This document shows, piece after piece, positions 1 through 9,256 of a stretch of DNA of 64,000 nucleotides. Origin of the DNA: Isosphaeraceae bacterium (GTDB lineage Bacteria > Planctomycetota > Planctomycetia > Isosphaerales > Isosphaeraceae). The stretch lies in NCBI GenBank assembly GCA_965201075.1, contig CBDAVP010000015.1:124001-188000 (forward strand), given 5' to 3'. Within the stretch, counting starts at the first letter, position 1; each line of letters begins with the position of its first letter. Made by a program: the position numbers and the translations under genes. The notes beneath the pieces are model-generated. The model was not told the DNA's origin. It did no database searches and was given only the letters and a program-made list of their open reading frames with translations.

Positions 1-1
1 C

Positions 2-2914
2 TGGGGTGTGGGACTTAGCGAGGAGGGCCTGGTCTTCGGCTCGACGGCCAACGGTTGCCCCAGCGTCTTCCTGCCGACCCCGAACCGCTATTATGAGTCG
101 GTCCGCGGTCTGTCGCCGCGCGTTCTGGAGAGCATTGCCGACTCGAACCGCTTTTTTCCGATCACCGAGCATGTCCGCCAGGTCGACTATTTTGGGGGGT
201 TCACCGCGGGCGCGGGGCACGCACTGTACACCGCCCGGACCTACCCGCGGGCTTACTGGAACAAGGCCGCGTTCGTCAGCGAACCCACCGGCCACATTGT
301 CGCCACGTTCGCGCTGGAGCCCGAGGGCAGCAACTTCTCGGCCTTCTCCGCCGGGAATTTGCTGGCCAGCGACGACGAGTGGACCTCTCCGGTTGCCGCC
401 GAGGTTGGCCCCGATGGCCAGGTCTGGGTGATCGACTGGTACAACTACATCGTCCAGCACAACCCCACGCCCCAGGGGTTCCGCAACGGCAAGGGGAACG
501 CTTATGAAACCCCTCTGCGAGACAAAACCCACGGCCGCATCTACCGGGTCGTCGCTCTCGACGGTCCGCCGACCGCCCCGGTGAAGCTCGACCCCGCCGA
601 TCCCCAGTCGCTGCTGGCCGGACTTCGCAGCGATAACCTTCTCTGGAGACTGCATGCGCAGCGGCTTCTGGTCGAGCGAGGCCAGGCCGACGTCGCCCCG
701 GCCCTGGTCGAGATGACTCGGGACCCGAAGGTCGACGCGATTGGACTGAGCCCGGCGGCGATTCACGCGCTTTGGGCGTTGAAGGGATTGAACGCCCTCG
801 GCGGTGAGAACGCCCCGCCGGTGGCCGATGAGGCGCTCAGTCATCCCTCGGCGGGCGTCCGACGCAACGCTTTGGCTGTCTTGCCAAGGGAGGAACAGTC
901 GGCGGCCCGAATTGTTGCCTCGGGCGTGTTGAAGGACAGCAATGCCCAGGTCCGCCTGGCGGCGTTGCTGGCACTTTCGGAGATGCCCCGATCGGCCGAG
1001 GTTGCCAAGGTCCTGGCCGAGATTGTCGCGGACGATGTCCCACCCGCCGACCGAATCACCAACGACGCCCGGATCGTCGCCGCCGCGGCCCACGACCGCG
1101 AATTCCTGGAAGCCCTGGTCCGGGTTCGCCGCGATCAGGCGCCCGCGCCCATGACGCTTACCGTCGTTGAGAAGGTCGCCGAGCATTACGCCCGGGGCGC
1201 TCCGGCTCAGTCACTGGGGTCGTTGCTGGTGGCCATTGGCGACGGAACCCCCGTACTTTCCGAGGCGGTTGTCGCGGGCCTGGCGACGGGCTGGCCCCGA
1301 GGCAAGCCGGCCACGCTCGACGAGGCCGCCGAGAAGGCGTTGATCCACCTGGCGACCAGCCTGCCGCCCACCTCCCGAGGCCGCCTCGTCCAGTTGGCCA
1401 GTCGCCTGGAAAGTCATGCTCTGGAAAAATACGCTGGAGTGATCGCCGAGAGCTTCGAGAAGGTGGTCCGCGACGAGTCGCAACCCGATGACGACCGGAT
1501 CAACGCCGCTCAGCAACTGGTCCTCCTGCGTCCGGGAGACGCCCATGCGGCGGGGGAATTGCTGGGGTTGATTACTCCCCGGACCTCCCCTCCCCTGGCC
1601 GTTGGGCTGATCGGCGCCGTGGCCCGCAGCGAGGCGACCGGCACCGGTCCACTGCTGGCCGCCCGCGCCGACGCCTTCACCCCCGGGGTCCGGCCCGCCG
1701 CGCTGCGGGCCTTGCTGGGTCGAGGAGAGTGGACCGCCGCCCTGCTCGACGCCGCCGAAACGGGCCAGGTCCGGTTGGCGGAACTTACCCTCGACCAGAA
1801 ACAGGCCCTTCTCACCCACCGGGACCGCGCCCTCGCCGGTCGCGCCAAGATTCTGCTGGCGGAGGGGGGACTGCCCGACCCCGACCGTCAAAAGGTGATC
1901 GAGGAACTTGCCCCGAACGTCCTCAATGGGGGGGACGCCGCCAGGGGTAAGCTCGTCTTCACCGCCCAGTGCTCCAAGTGCCACGCCCACTCCGGAGAGG
2001 GAGGCAAGATTGGACCCGACCTCACCGGCATGGCGGCGCACCCTCGCGAGGAGTTGCTGGTCCACATCCTCGACCCCAGCCGCAGCGTCGAGGGGAATTT
2101 CGTCCAGTACATGGCCTCCACCAACGACGGCCGCGTCATCAATGGCCTGCTCGCCTCCGAGACCAAGGCCGCCGTTGAGTTGCTCGACGCCGAGGGCAAG
2201 TCGCACGTCCTCCAGCGAGCCGACATTGATGAGTTGCAGGCGTCCCGGAAATCCCTGATGCCCGAGGGATTCGAGAAGCAGGTTTCCCCCGGAGACCTCG
2301 CCGACCTCCTCGCCTTCCTGACCCGCCGAGGCAAGTTCCTGCCGCTGGATTTGACCAAGGCCGCCACCGCCAACAGCACCGTCGGCATGTTCCTCAGCCC
2401 CGAGTCGGACGTTGAGACCCTGGTCTTCGACGATTGGTCGCCCAAGGTCTTCGAGGGCGTGCCGTTCACTTTGGTGAAGCCCGAGTCGAAGGAAACCCGC
2501 AACGTCGTGCTGCTCCACGGCCCCGAAGGCTATCAGCCGCCGAGGATGCCCCGGTCGGTGGAGCTTCCGGTTCATGCGTCGGTCAAGGCGGTCCACCTGC
2601 TGGGTGGCGTGGCCGGCTGGGGTTTCCCGATCGGCGAGAAAGGATCGACCTCGATGATCGTTCGCCTGCGCTATGCCGACGGAACGACCGAGGACCACCC
2701 ACTGCGCAATGGCATTGAGGTGGCGGACTATATCCGGGTGGTCGACGTGCCGGGCTCGAAGCTGGCGTTCCGACTTCGCGGCCAGCAACTGCGTTATCTG
2801 TCAGTGGCTCCCGGTCGCTCCGAACCCATCGAGGCAATCGAGCTGCGCAAGGGGCGGGATGACACCGCGCCGGTCGTGATGGCCGTCACCGTGGAACTCC
2901 TTGGCGCTGAGTGA
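2..2914 (+). CDS. PVC-type heme-binding CxxCH protein (membrane-bound dehydrogenase-like propeller, HEAT repeats, cytochrome c); 5' truncated by window edge
   Basis: GPDGQVWVIDWYNYIVQHNP and HGRIYRV propeller motifs, HEAT-like repeats (VRRNAL, VRLAALLAL), cytochrome c motif CSKCH followed by IGPDL and SLMPEG; open frame runs to the window start. Confidence 0.85.
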   Translation, partial: WGVGLSEEGLVFGSTANGCPSVFLPTPNRYYESVRGLSPRVLESIADSNRFFPITEHVRQVDYFGGFTAGAGHALYTARTYPRAYWNKAAFVSEPTGHIVATFALEPEGSNFSAFSAGNLLASDDEWTSPVAAEVGPDGQVWVIDWYNYIVQHNPTPQGFRNGKGNAYETPLRDKTHGRIYRVVALDGPPTAPVKLDPADPQSLLAGLRSDNLLWRLHAQRLLVERGQADVAPALVEMTRDPKVDAIGLSPAAIHALWALKGLNALGGENAPPVADEALSHPSAGVRRNALAVLPREEQSAARIVASGVLKDSNAQVRLAALLALSEMPRSAEVAKVLAEIVADDVPPADRITNDARIVAAAAHDREFLEALVRVRRDQAPAPMTLTVVEKVAEHYARGAPAQSLGSLLVAIGDGTPVLSEAVVAGLATGWPRGKPATLDEAAEKALIHLATSLPPTSRGRLVQLASRLESHALEKYAGVIAESFEKVVRDESQPDDDRINAAQQLVLLRPGDAHAAGELLGLITPRTSPPLAVGLIGAVARSEATGTGPLLAARADAFTPGVRPAALRALLGRGEWTAALLDAAETGQVRLAELTLDQKQALLTHRDRALAGRAKILLAEGGLPDPDRQKVIEELAPNVLNGGDAARGKLVFTAQCSKCHAHSGEGGKIGPDLTGMAAHPREELLVHILDPSRSVEGNFVQYMASTNDGRVINGLLASETKAAVELLDAEGKSHVLQRADIDELQASRKSLMPEGFEKQVSPGDLADLLAFLTRRGKFLPLDLTKAATANSTVGMFLSPESDVETLVFDDWSPKVFEGVPFTLVKPESKETRNVVLLHGPEGYQPPRMPRSVELPVHASVKAVHLLGGVAGWGFPIGEKGSTSMIVRLRYADGTTEDHPLRNGIEVADYIRVVDVPGSKLAFRLRGQQLRYLSVAPGRSEPIEAIELRKGRDDTAPVVMAVTVELLGAE

Positions 2915-2946
2915 TCTCTCGATCCCAATTCACCTGGAGCCCAGCG

Positions 2947-5259
2947 ATGACGAACCGTCTGGCCATTCCGTTGGCGCTGGTCCTGACCCTGGGCCTCCGC
3001 CTTTCGCCAACGCTCACCGTCCACGCGGACGGGGCCGCGCCTCAAGCTCGCCGAGGCCCGGGAGACCGACTGATCCCCGGGCTGCGACTTCTGCCCCACT
3101 GGGTCACCCCGACGCAATTCTGGTATCGCCACGACGGCCGTGAGGGTGCACGAGAATTCTTGTGGGTCGATGCCGAAACGGGCTCGAAACGGCCGGCCTT
3201 CGACCACCCACGGCTCGCCGCGGCCCTCTCGGCGGTGGAGGGGGGCCACGACCCGGCCGATCGCCTGCCGTTCGACGAGATCACTCCCCAACCCAACGGC
3301 CAATCCCTCCGCGTCCGGGTTCGTGGCGTGACCTGGCGGTGTGACCTCCACTCTTACGCCCTCTCGAAATGCGAGGGAGTCGACGCCCTGCCCGACCCCG
3401 GCCCGAACCGCGACGACCCGCGACGTCCCCGCCGTCGCCGCAACGACGGGGACGCCGACGGAGCACCCCGCGGCGAGGCCCGCTCCGCCGATGGCCGCTG
3501 GACGGCATTCCTCCGCGACCACAACGTTTACCTGAAATCCGAGAGCCACGACGAACTCGTCCCTCTGAGCGACGACGGCCGCGAGGGCCTGGAGTATGGC
3601 CTTCTCTCATGGTCGCCCGACTCGCAAACCCTCCTGGCCTTCCGCATCGAGCCCGGTGAAAACCTGCCGGTCCACCTCATCCGCTCCTCTCCGCCGGGGG
3701 GAGGCCGCGCACGCCTCGAATCTCGCCCCTACCCGCTCCCGGGCGACCGTCTCGACGCCTTCGAGCCCGTCCTGTTCCGCGTGGCCGACCGCAAGCCGAT
3801 CCGGCCCGAGGTGGACCGCATCGACCTCGACGATCCTCGTCCCCGCTGGAGTCGCGACGGCTCGCGGTTCACCTATACCAAGGTCGATCGGGGCCACCAG
3901 CGATTGCGGTTGGTCGAGGTCGAGGCCCAGTCCGGCCACGCCCGCAACCTGATTGATGAGCGCTCCGAGACCTTCCTCTGGACCGCCCACACCGAGGAAT
4001 TCGACCTACGCCCGATCCAATGGTTGGACAAGACCGACGAGATTCTTTATGTCTCCGAGCGCACCGGATGGCGTCACCTTTACCGGGTCGACGCGAAGTC
4101 TGGCGCGATGGAACCGATCACGCAGGGCGAATATGTCGTCCGCGGCATCGACCACGTGGACGAGGACGCTCGCCAGATCTGGTTTCACGCCAGCGGCCGA
4201 AATCCCGGGGAGGACCCCTATTTTCTCCACTACTACCGGGTCAACTTCGACGGCACCGGCCTTCTGGCCCTCACCGAGGGAAACGGCGACCACCACGTCC
4301 AGTTCTCCCCCGACCAGGCCTACCTGCTCGACACCTACAGCCGCGTCGACCTCGGGCCCGTCCACGACCTGCGACGCGCGGCCGACGGTTCACTCGTCCG
4401 TCACCTCGAAGCGGCCGACCTGACCGACCTCAAGGCCAGCGGCTGGCAAACCCCCGAGCCGTTCGTCAGCAAGGGGAGAGACGGAAAGTCCGACATCTGG
4501 GGAATCATCCGCCGTCCTCGGGGCTTCGACCCGTCGCGCAAGTATCCCGTCATCGAGGAGATTTACGCTGGCCCGCAAGGTTCGTCGGTCCCCAAGGCAT
4601 TCTCCCCCTGGGCCGGCGCTTCCCCGCTGACCGACCTCGGCTTCGTGGTGGTCCAGATCGACGGCATGGGAACCGCCAACCGATCCAAGGCCTTTCACGA
4701 CGTTTGCTGGCACAACCTCAAGGACGCCGGCTTCCCCGACCGCATCCTCTGGCACCGCGCAGTCGCCGCGAAATATCCCTGGTATGACCTTGCCAGGATG
4801 GGCATCACCGGGGTTTCGGCCGGCGGGCAAAACGCCACTGGGGGCGTACTGTTCCACCCGGATTTCTACAAGGTGGCCGTCTCGGGCTGCGGCTGCCACG
4901 ACAACCGCATGGACAAGGCGTCATGGAACGAGCAGTGGATGGGATATCCGGTGGGCCCTTGGTATTCCGAAAGCTCGAACATCGACAACGCCGCGAGACT
5001 TCAGGGAAAACTGCTTTTGATCGTCGGTGAGATGGACGACAATGTCCCGCCGGAATCCACGCTCCGCCTGGCCGACGCCCTCATCCGCGCCGACAAGGAC
5101 TTTGAGCTGCTGGTCGTCCCCAACGCCGGCCACGGCATCGGCGGCGCTTACGGAGCCCGCAAGCAGCGTGAGTTTTTCGTCAAGCACCTGAAACCCGACA
5201 CCCCCGTGGCGGCCGACTCCGGGGGCGCCCCCAAGCCCGCGAACTCCGCGATCCCTTGA
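2947..5259 (+). CDS. S9 family (dipeptidyl-peptidase IV-like) prolyl oligopeptidase with signal peptide
   Basis: N-terminal hydrophobic signal, DPP-IV propeller motifs (SERTGWRHLY, YAGPQ), catalytic GVSAGG, DDNV, AGHG; ATG at 2947 chosen over 2911. Confidence 0.9.
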   Translation: MTNRLAIPLALVLTLGLRLSPTLTVHADGAAPQARRGPGDRLIPGLRLLPHWVTPTQFWYRHDGREGAREFLWVDAETGSKRPAFDHPRLAAALSAVEGGHDPADRLPFDEITPQPNGQSLRVRVRGVTWRCDLHSYALSKCEGVDALPDPGPNRDDPRRPRRRRNDGDADGAPRGEARSADGRWTAFLRDHNVYLKSESHDELVPLSDDGREGLEYGLLSWSPDSQTLLAFRIEPGENLPVHLIRSSPPGGGRARLESRPYPLPGDRLDAFEPVLFRVADRKPIRPEVDRIDLDDPRPRWSRDGSRFTYTKVDRGHQRLRLVEVEAQSGHARNLIDERSETFLWTAHTEEFDLRPIQWLDKTDEILYVSERTGWRHLYRVDAKSGAMEPITQGEYVVRGIDHVDEDARQIWFHASGRNPGEDPYFLHYYRVNFDGTGLLALTEGNGDHHVQFSPDQAYLLDTYSRVDLGPVHDLRRAADGSLVRHLEAADLTDLKASGWQTPEPFVSKGRDGKSDIWGIIRRPRGFDPSRKYPVIEEIYAGPQGSSVPKAFSPWAGASPLTDLGFVVVQIDGMGTANRSKAFHDVCWHNLKDAGFPDRILWHRAVAAKYPWYDLARMGITGVSAGGQNATGGVLFHPDFYKVAVSGCGCHDNRMDKASWNEQWMGYPVGPWYSESSNIDNAARLQGKLLLIVGEMDDNVPPESTLRLADALIRADKDFELLVVPNAGHGIGGAYGARKQREFFVKHLKPDTPVAADSGGAPKPANSAIP

Positions 5260-5265
5260 GTCGAA

Positions 5266-6546
5266 TCAGGCCCCCCGGCGAAACCGGCCGACCCGGTAGG
5301 GCGAGGGATCGACGTGTGGCTCGCGACCACCCAGCAGTTCGGCGACCAGCTTGCCCGTCGCCGGGGCCATCGACAACCCCAGCATGTTGTGGCCGGCGGC
5401 GATCCAAACATTGGGATGCGCTGGTGCCTGATCGATAATCGGCAAGCCGTCATGGGTCATCGGTCGCCAGCCATACCACGCCTCCTCAACCCCCTCGCTC
5501 CCGGGGCGGTCCGATCCCCGAAGATAGGGACTTGACCCATCTCTCAAGAGCTGCAACCGCCGCGGACGGATCGTCTCGTCGTATCCGGCGAACTCCATCG
5601 TCGACCCCAGCCGGAAGCCCGAGCGGAAGGGCGTGACGGCGACTCGGGTTTCGGGGAAGATCATGGGCACCTTGGGCGACACGGCGGGATGGGGCATCGT
5701 CAGGCTATATCCCTTGCCCGGAACGATCGGCACGCGCATCCCCAGCACCCGGTTCAGCCGCGGAGTCATCGCCCCGGCGGCGACCACCACGGCATCGGCC
5801 GCGATTTCCTCCCCCGCCTCCGTCACCACGGCTCGCGCGTGCCCCTGGGACGACTGACGAAACACCTTGAGCCCCGAGCCCTCGCGAATGACCACGCCAC
5901 GGACTTCCAGGGCCGACCGCCAGGAACGCATCAAGACATCCGGCCGCAGGTGCGCATCGTCCTCGTAGTACCAACCTCCGGCCAAACCTGCCGTCAGGGC
6001 TGGCTCAAGGGCGACCAACCCCTCGCCATCGAGACGACGCGCCGGCACTCCGAACGCTTCGCCCAGCAACCGATCCGTCGCGTGATACGCCTGCAACGCC
6101 GCGGAGGACCGATACGCGAACAGCAAGCCCCGCCGCTCCCACTCGCACTCCAGGCCCTCTCGCTGGACCAGATCCTCATACAGCCCCAGAGAGGAGCCGA
6201 GCAGGGCGGAGATTCCCCGCCCCGCTTCCATCATGTGCGTCTCATTGCAGCGGCGGGCGAATCGGATCAGCCAGGACCACAACGCGGGATCGAGCCGAGG
6301 TCGGATGGCCAGTGGCGAATTGCGCCGAAAGATTGTCCCCAAGGTGCGTCCGACCGCGCCCGGCTCGGCCAACGGCAGCACGTGACTCGGGCAGACCAGT
6401 CCGCAATTGCCCGCCGACGCCCCCTGGCCGACCAATCCCCGCTCGACGATGGTCACGGCCCATCCCTCAAGGGAAAGATAATGGGCGCAGGCCGTGCCGA
6501 TCACCCCCCCGCCGACGACCACCACCCGTTTCCCGGCAGCGCTCAC
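5266..6546 (-). CDS. FAD-dependent D-amino acid dehydrogenase (DadA/DAO family; probable D-hydroxyproline/D-proline dehydrogenase)
   Basis: VVVVGGGVIG Rossmann motif, ASAGNCG, PGKGYS, WYGWRP, GHNMLGLSMAPATG; GTG start at 6546 after AAAGGA; downstream of a DHDPS-family gene. Confidence 0.85.
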   Translation of the reverse strand: MSAAGKRVVVVGGGVIGTACAHYLSLEGWAVTIVERGLVGQGASAGNCGLVCPSHVLPLAEPGAVGRTLGTIFRRNSPLAIRPRLDPALWSWLIRFARRCNETHMMEAGRGISALLGSSLGLYEDLVQREGLECEWERRGLLFAYRSSAALQAYHATDRLLGEAFGVPARRLDGEGLVALEPALTAGLAGGWYYEDDAHLRPDVLMRSWRSALEVRGVVIREGSGLKVFRQSSQGHARAVVTEAGEEIAADAVVVAAGAMTPRLNRVLGMRVPIVPGKGYSLTMPHPAVSPKVPMIFPETRVAVTPFRSGFRLGSTMEFAGYDETIRPRRLQLLRDGSSPYLRGSDRPGSEGVEEAWYGWRPMTHDGLPIIDQAPAHPNVWIAAGHNMLGLSMAPATGKLVAELLGGREPHVDPSPYRVGRFRRGA

Positions 6547-6628
6547 AGCGGGTCCTTTCGCATTGACGGTCTGGACGGTCGCCGTTTCCGACGAAGCCGC
6601 CCCCGTGCCTGGATCTCTTCCCCACCGA

Positions 6629-7537
6629 TCAGACCGAGACCCGAGCCCCTGGCCTCGTCGCAACCGCACGGCGAATCGTCGCCAGAACCGCCTCGCGCTC
6701 GCTGCCCACCAGCGGCAGCCGCGGAGCCCGCACTCGCTCCGACCCCAGCCCGCACTCCTGCGCCGCCAGCTTGATGTATTGCACGAGCTTGACGTGAGTA
6801 TCCAGGTGCAACAACGGCGTGTACCAGCGATACACCGCCACCGCTTCCTCCCAACGTCCCGCCGCGGCCAGATCCCACAGCAGACGATTTTCCGCCGGGA
6901 ACGCGTTGACCAGCCCCGAGACCCAGCCCACCACGCCCAGGAGTAAACTCTCCAGAATCAGGTCATCGACCCCACAGAAAATCAGGTAGCGATCCCCGCA
7001 AACGTTGTACAGGTCCGTGACTCGCCGAACATCCTCCGACGATTCCTTGATCGCCACCAGGGTCGGCTCATCGGCCAGGTCCGCGAATGCCTCGGGGGGG
7101 ATGTCGACCGAGTAGGACACCGGATTGTTGTACACCATGATCGGCAGGTCGGTGGCGCGGGCCACGGCGCGGAAGTGCGTCATCGTCTCGCGGGTATCGG
7201 CGCGATAAAGCATCGCCGGCAGCACCATCAACCCGTCCAACCCAATCTCCCGAGCGTCCTCGGCGAATCGGCAGGCCGACGCCGTTGTGTTCTCGGCCAC
7301 CCCCGTCAGCACCGGCACCCGGCCCGCGACATGCTCCACTGTCGCCCGCAAGACCCGACGCTTCTCCGCCGGCTCCAACGCCCCGTTCTCTCCCACCGTG
7401 CCCAGCATGATCAGGCCGTCGATCCCCGCGCCTAACATGTGGTCAAGATGGTCCATCGTCGCCGGCAGATCGACCGCCCCGTCCGGCCCGAACTCCGTGG
7501 TCGCCGCCGGAAACACCCCTCGCCAATCGATTTCCAT
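6629..7537 (-). CDS. Dihydrodipicolinate synthase family protein (probable pyrroline-4-hydroxy-2-carboxylate deaminase type)
   Basis: WRGVFPAATT, LGTVGE, VYNNP, AIKESS (Schiff-base Lys), LVQYIKL; GGAGGA RBS before ATG 7537. Confidence 0.85.
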   Translation of the reverse strand: MEIDWRGVFPAATTEFGPDGAVDLPATMDHLDHMLGAGIDGLIMLGTVGENGALEPAEKRRVLRATVEHVAGRVPVLTGVAENTTASACRFAEDAREIGLDGLMVLPAMLYRADTRETMTHFRAVARATDLPIMVYNNPVSYSVDIPPEAFADLADEPTLVAIKESSEDVRRVTDLYNVCGDRYLIFCGVDDLILESLLLGVVGWVSGLVNAFPAENRLLWDLAAAGRWEEAVAVYRWYTPLLHLDTHVKLVQYIKLAAQECGLGSERVRAPRLPLVGSEREAVLATIRRAVATRPGARVSV

Positions 7538-7600
7538 GGCTCCTCCACGCGGACCCGGGTTCTCAACCGGGGAGACGCCAAACGCCCACCCATGAGGGGT

Positions 7601-7630
7601 AATGTAATTTAGCTTTGCGTCCAAAGTCAA
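7601..7630 (-). promoter_or_regulatory. Putative sigma70 promoter of the DHDPS/dehydrogenase pair
   Basis: Minus strand TTGACT-N18-TACATT in an AT-rich patch about 65 nt upstream of ATG 7537. Confidence 0.45.
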
Positions 7631-7715
7631 GACTTGGCCACCCAGCCTCCTGGTCCGCGGCTTGGCGACGATCAGAACGCCATTTGGTCCCTGGGAACAA
7701 CCACCGACGAGCGAA

Positions 7716-9089
7716 TCAGGGCAAGGCCGCCCCATGACCGGCCGCGATCGAGTCAAGCCGCCGGGCCACATTCATCAACGCCCGAGCGGAGTGATAATTC
7801 GCCTTCCAGGGGCTCGCCTTGCGCCCTTCGCCCAGCGGCTTCCCCTCACGAGTCACCTCGCCGAACCAGCCGCCGTGTTTTGCGTCGATCTGGTGATCGC
7901 GGATGAACGCCCACTGCTTGCGGAAGGCGGCACCATAGCGGCCCTCCTCCTTGCCGAATCGCTCGTGCATGAGAAGCAAGGCATTGAGTCCCTCGGCCTG
8001 CACCCACCAGACCTTCGTCATGTCCAGGGGTCCACCCGCGAACACGTCTCCCTTGTCGTAAAACCCCCCGTGCTCACCATCCCAACCCCAATCCAGCGAG
8101 TGATCCACCAACCGACGAGCCACCGCCCAGGTCGTCGAGTTCTCGGCAAAACCGAGCGCCTCGGCGGCCTCGACCAGCAGGTAAGCCGTCTCCACGTCAT
8201 GCCCGAACGAATCATGGGCCGGCGTCGCCCGCCAGTCACGAGTCAGGTACAAATTCAAGGCTCCTGGGTCCACCGCGATCCGGTCCCTCACGATCTCCAG
8301 CACCTCTCGCAGCCGACTTTTCACCTCGGGGCGCGGCTCGATCCGGAAAAATTCCGCCAGAGCTTCCAATAGGTGGATGTGCGAGTTCATCGACTTGAAT
8401 CCGTAATACACCCCCAGTCGATCGACACGCTCGGCGGGAGGCTTCCGAGGGTCCCACTTCCGAATGGGGGTCCCGTCACGAGTCAGCGCCTCGAAGTAGC
8501 CACCATGCTCCGCGTCGTGGGCATTCGACTCCAGCCAGGCGAACGCGTCGCGCGCAACCGTTCTTGCCGTTGCGTCCCCCGTGGCCCTGTACGCGGTTGA
8601 CGCCGCGTACAGGACGAAAGCTGTCCCATAGACGTGCTTCTGATCACCCGAATCCGCGTCCACGCCTCCATCCCGACCAACCTTCCAGTGAAATCCCCCC
8701 TGCTCCCGGTCGCGAAGGTGGGAATCCAGGTACGCCACCCCGTGACGAACGTAACGCTCGAACTCGTCGCGATGGGATGGCGAGTCCAGGGCGAACGCCG
8801 CGGCCGTCCACGTCATGCGCGACTGATAGACCGCCGAGCGTCCGTCATCAGGCAGGGCCGACCAGTCCCGGGCGAAATTCTCATGAAACCCGCCTTGGGC
8901 TACGTCCACGGCTCGTGGATACCAGAGTTTGGTCAATTCCTCCGTCAACAAGACCCTCACCTCTCGGGCCAGGGCGGATGGGTCCGTTGTTGGCGGGGCT
9001 TGTGCCCAAGCGTCCTTCCCGCGATCGGCGGCCAACAGCAGGATCGCCTGCGAGATCCGGGAAAAGAGGAGGGGGACGCGTCGTCGCAT
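7716..9089 (-). CDS. AGE family epimerase (cellobiose 2-epimerase-like)
   Basis: SMNSHIHLLEA, SFGHDVE, KVWWVQAE, WKANYHSAR motifs; possible N-terminal export signal. Confidence 0.85.
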   Translation of the reverse strand: MRRRVPLLFSRISQAILLLAADRGKDAWAQAPPTTDPSALAREVRVLLTEELTKLWYPRAVDVAQGGFHENFARDWSALPDDGRSAVYQSRMTWTAAAFALDSPSHRDEFERYVRHGVAYLDSHLRDREQGGFHWKVGRDGGVDADSGDQKHVYGTAFVLYAASTAYRATGDATARTVARDAFAWLESNAHDAEHGGYFEALTRDGTPIRKWDPRKPPAERVDRLGVYYGFKSMNSHIHLLEALAEFFRIEPRPEVKSRLREVLEIVRDRIAVDPGALNLYLTRDWRATPAHDSFGHDVETAYLLVEAAEALGFAENSTTWAVARRLVDHSLDWGWDGEHGGFYDKGDVFAGGPLDMTKVWWVQAEGLNALLLMHERFGKEEGRYGAAFRKQWAFIRDHQIDAKHGGWFGEVTREGKPLGEGRKASPWKANYHSARALMNVARRLDSIAAGHGAALP

Positions 9090-9256
9090 TCAAGAAATCC
9101 TCGAGAAGAGGACGGCGGTTGGCCGTTTCCAACGATCCTACGCCCACCCCGTCCCGACACAAGTCATCCTCCGCCTTGCCCATGCCTGGACCACCTCCTA
9201 TCATGGTGGGCCTGCGAGAATCGAGGCCGGCGAACGCGGGGGTTTCAACGATAGCG

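Noticed and set aside
8564..9256. N-terminal extension of the 730-aa rhaB ORF
   Set aside because: Overlaps the divergent epimerase; kinase homology begins at ATG 9257.
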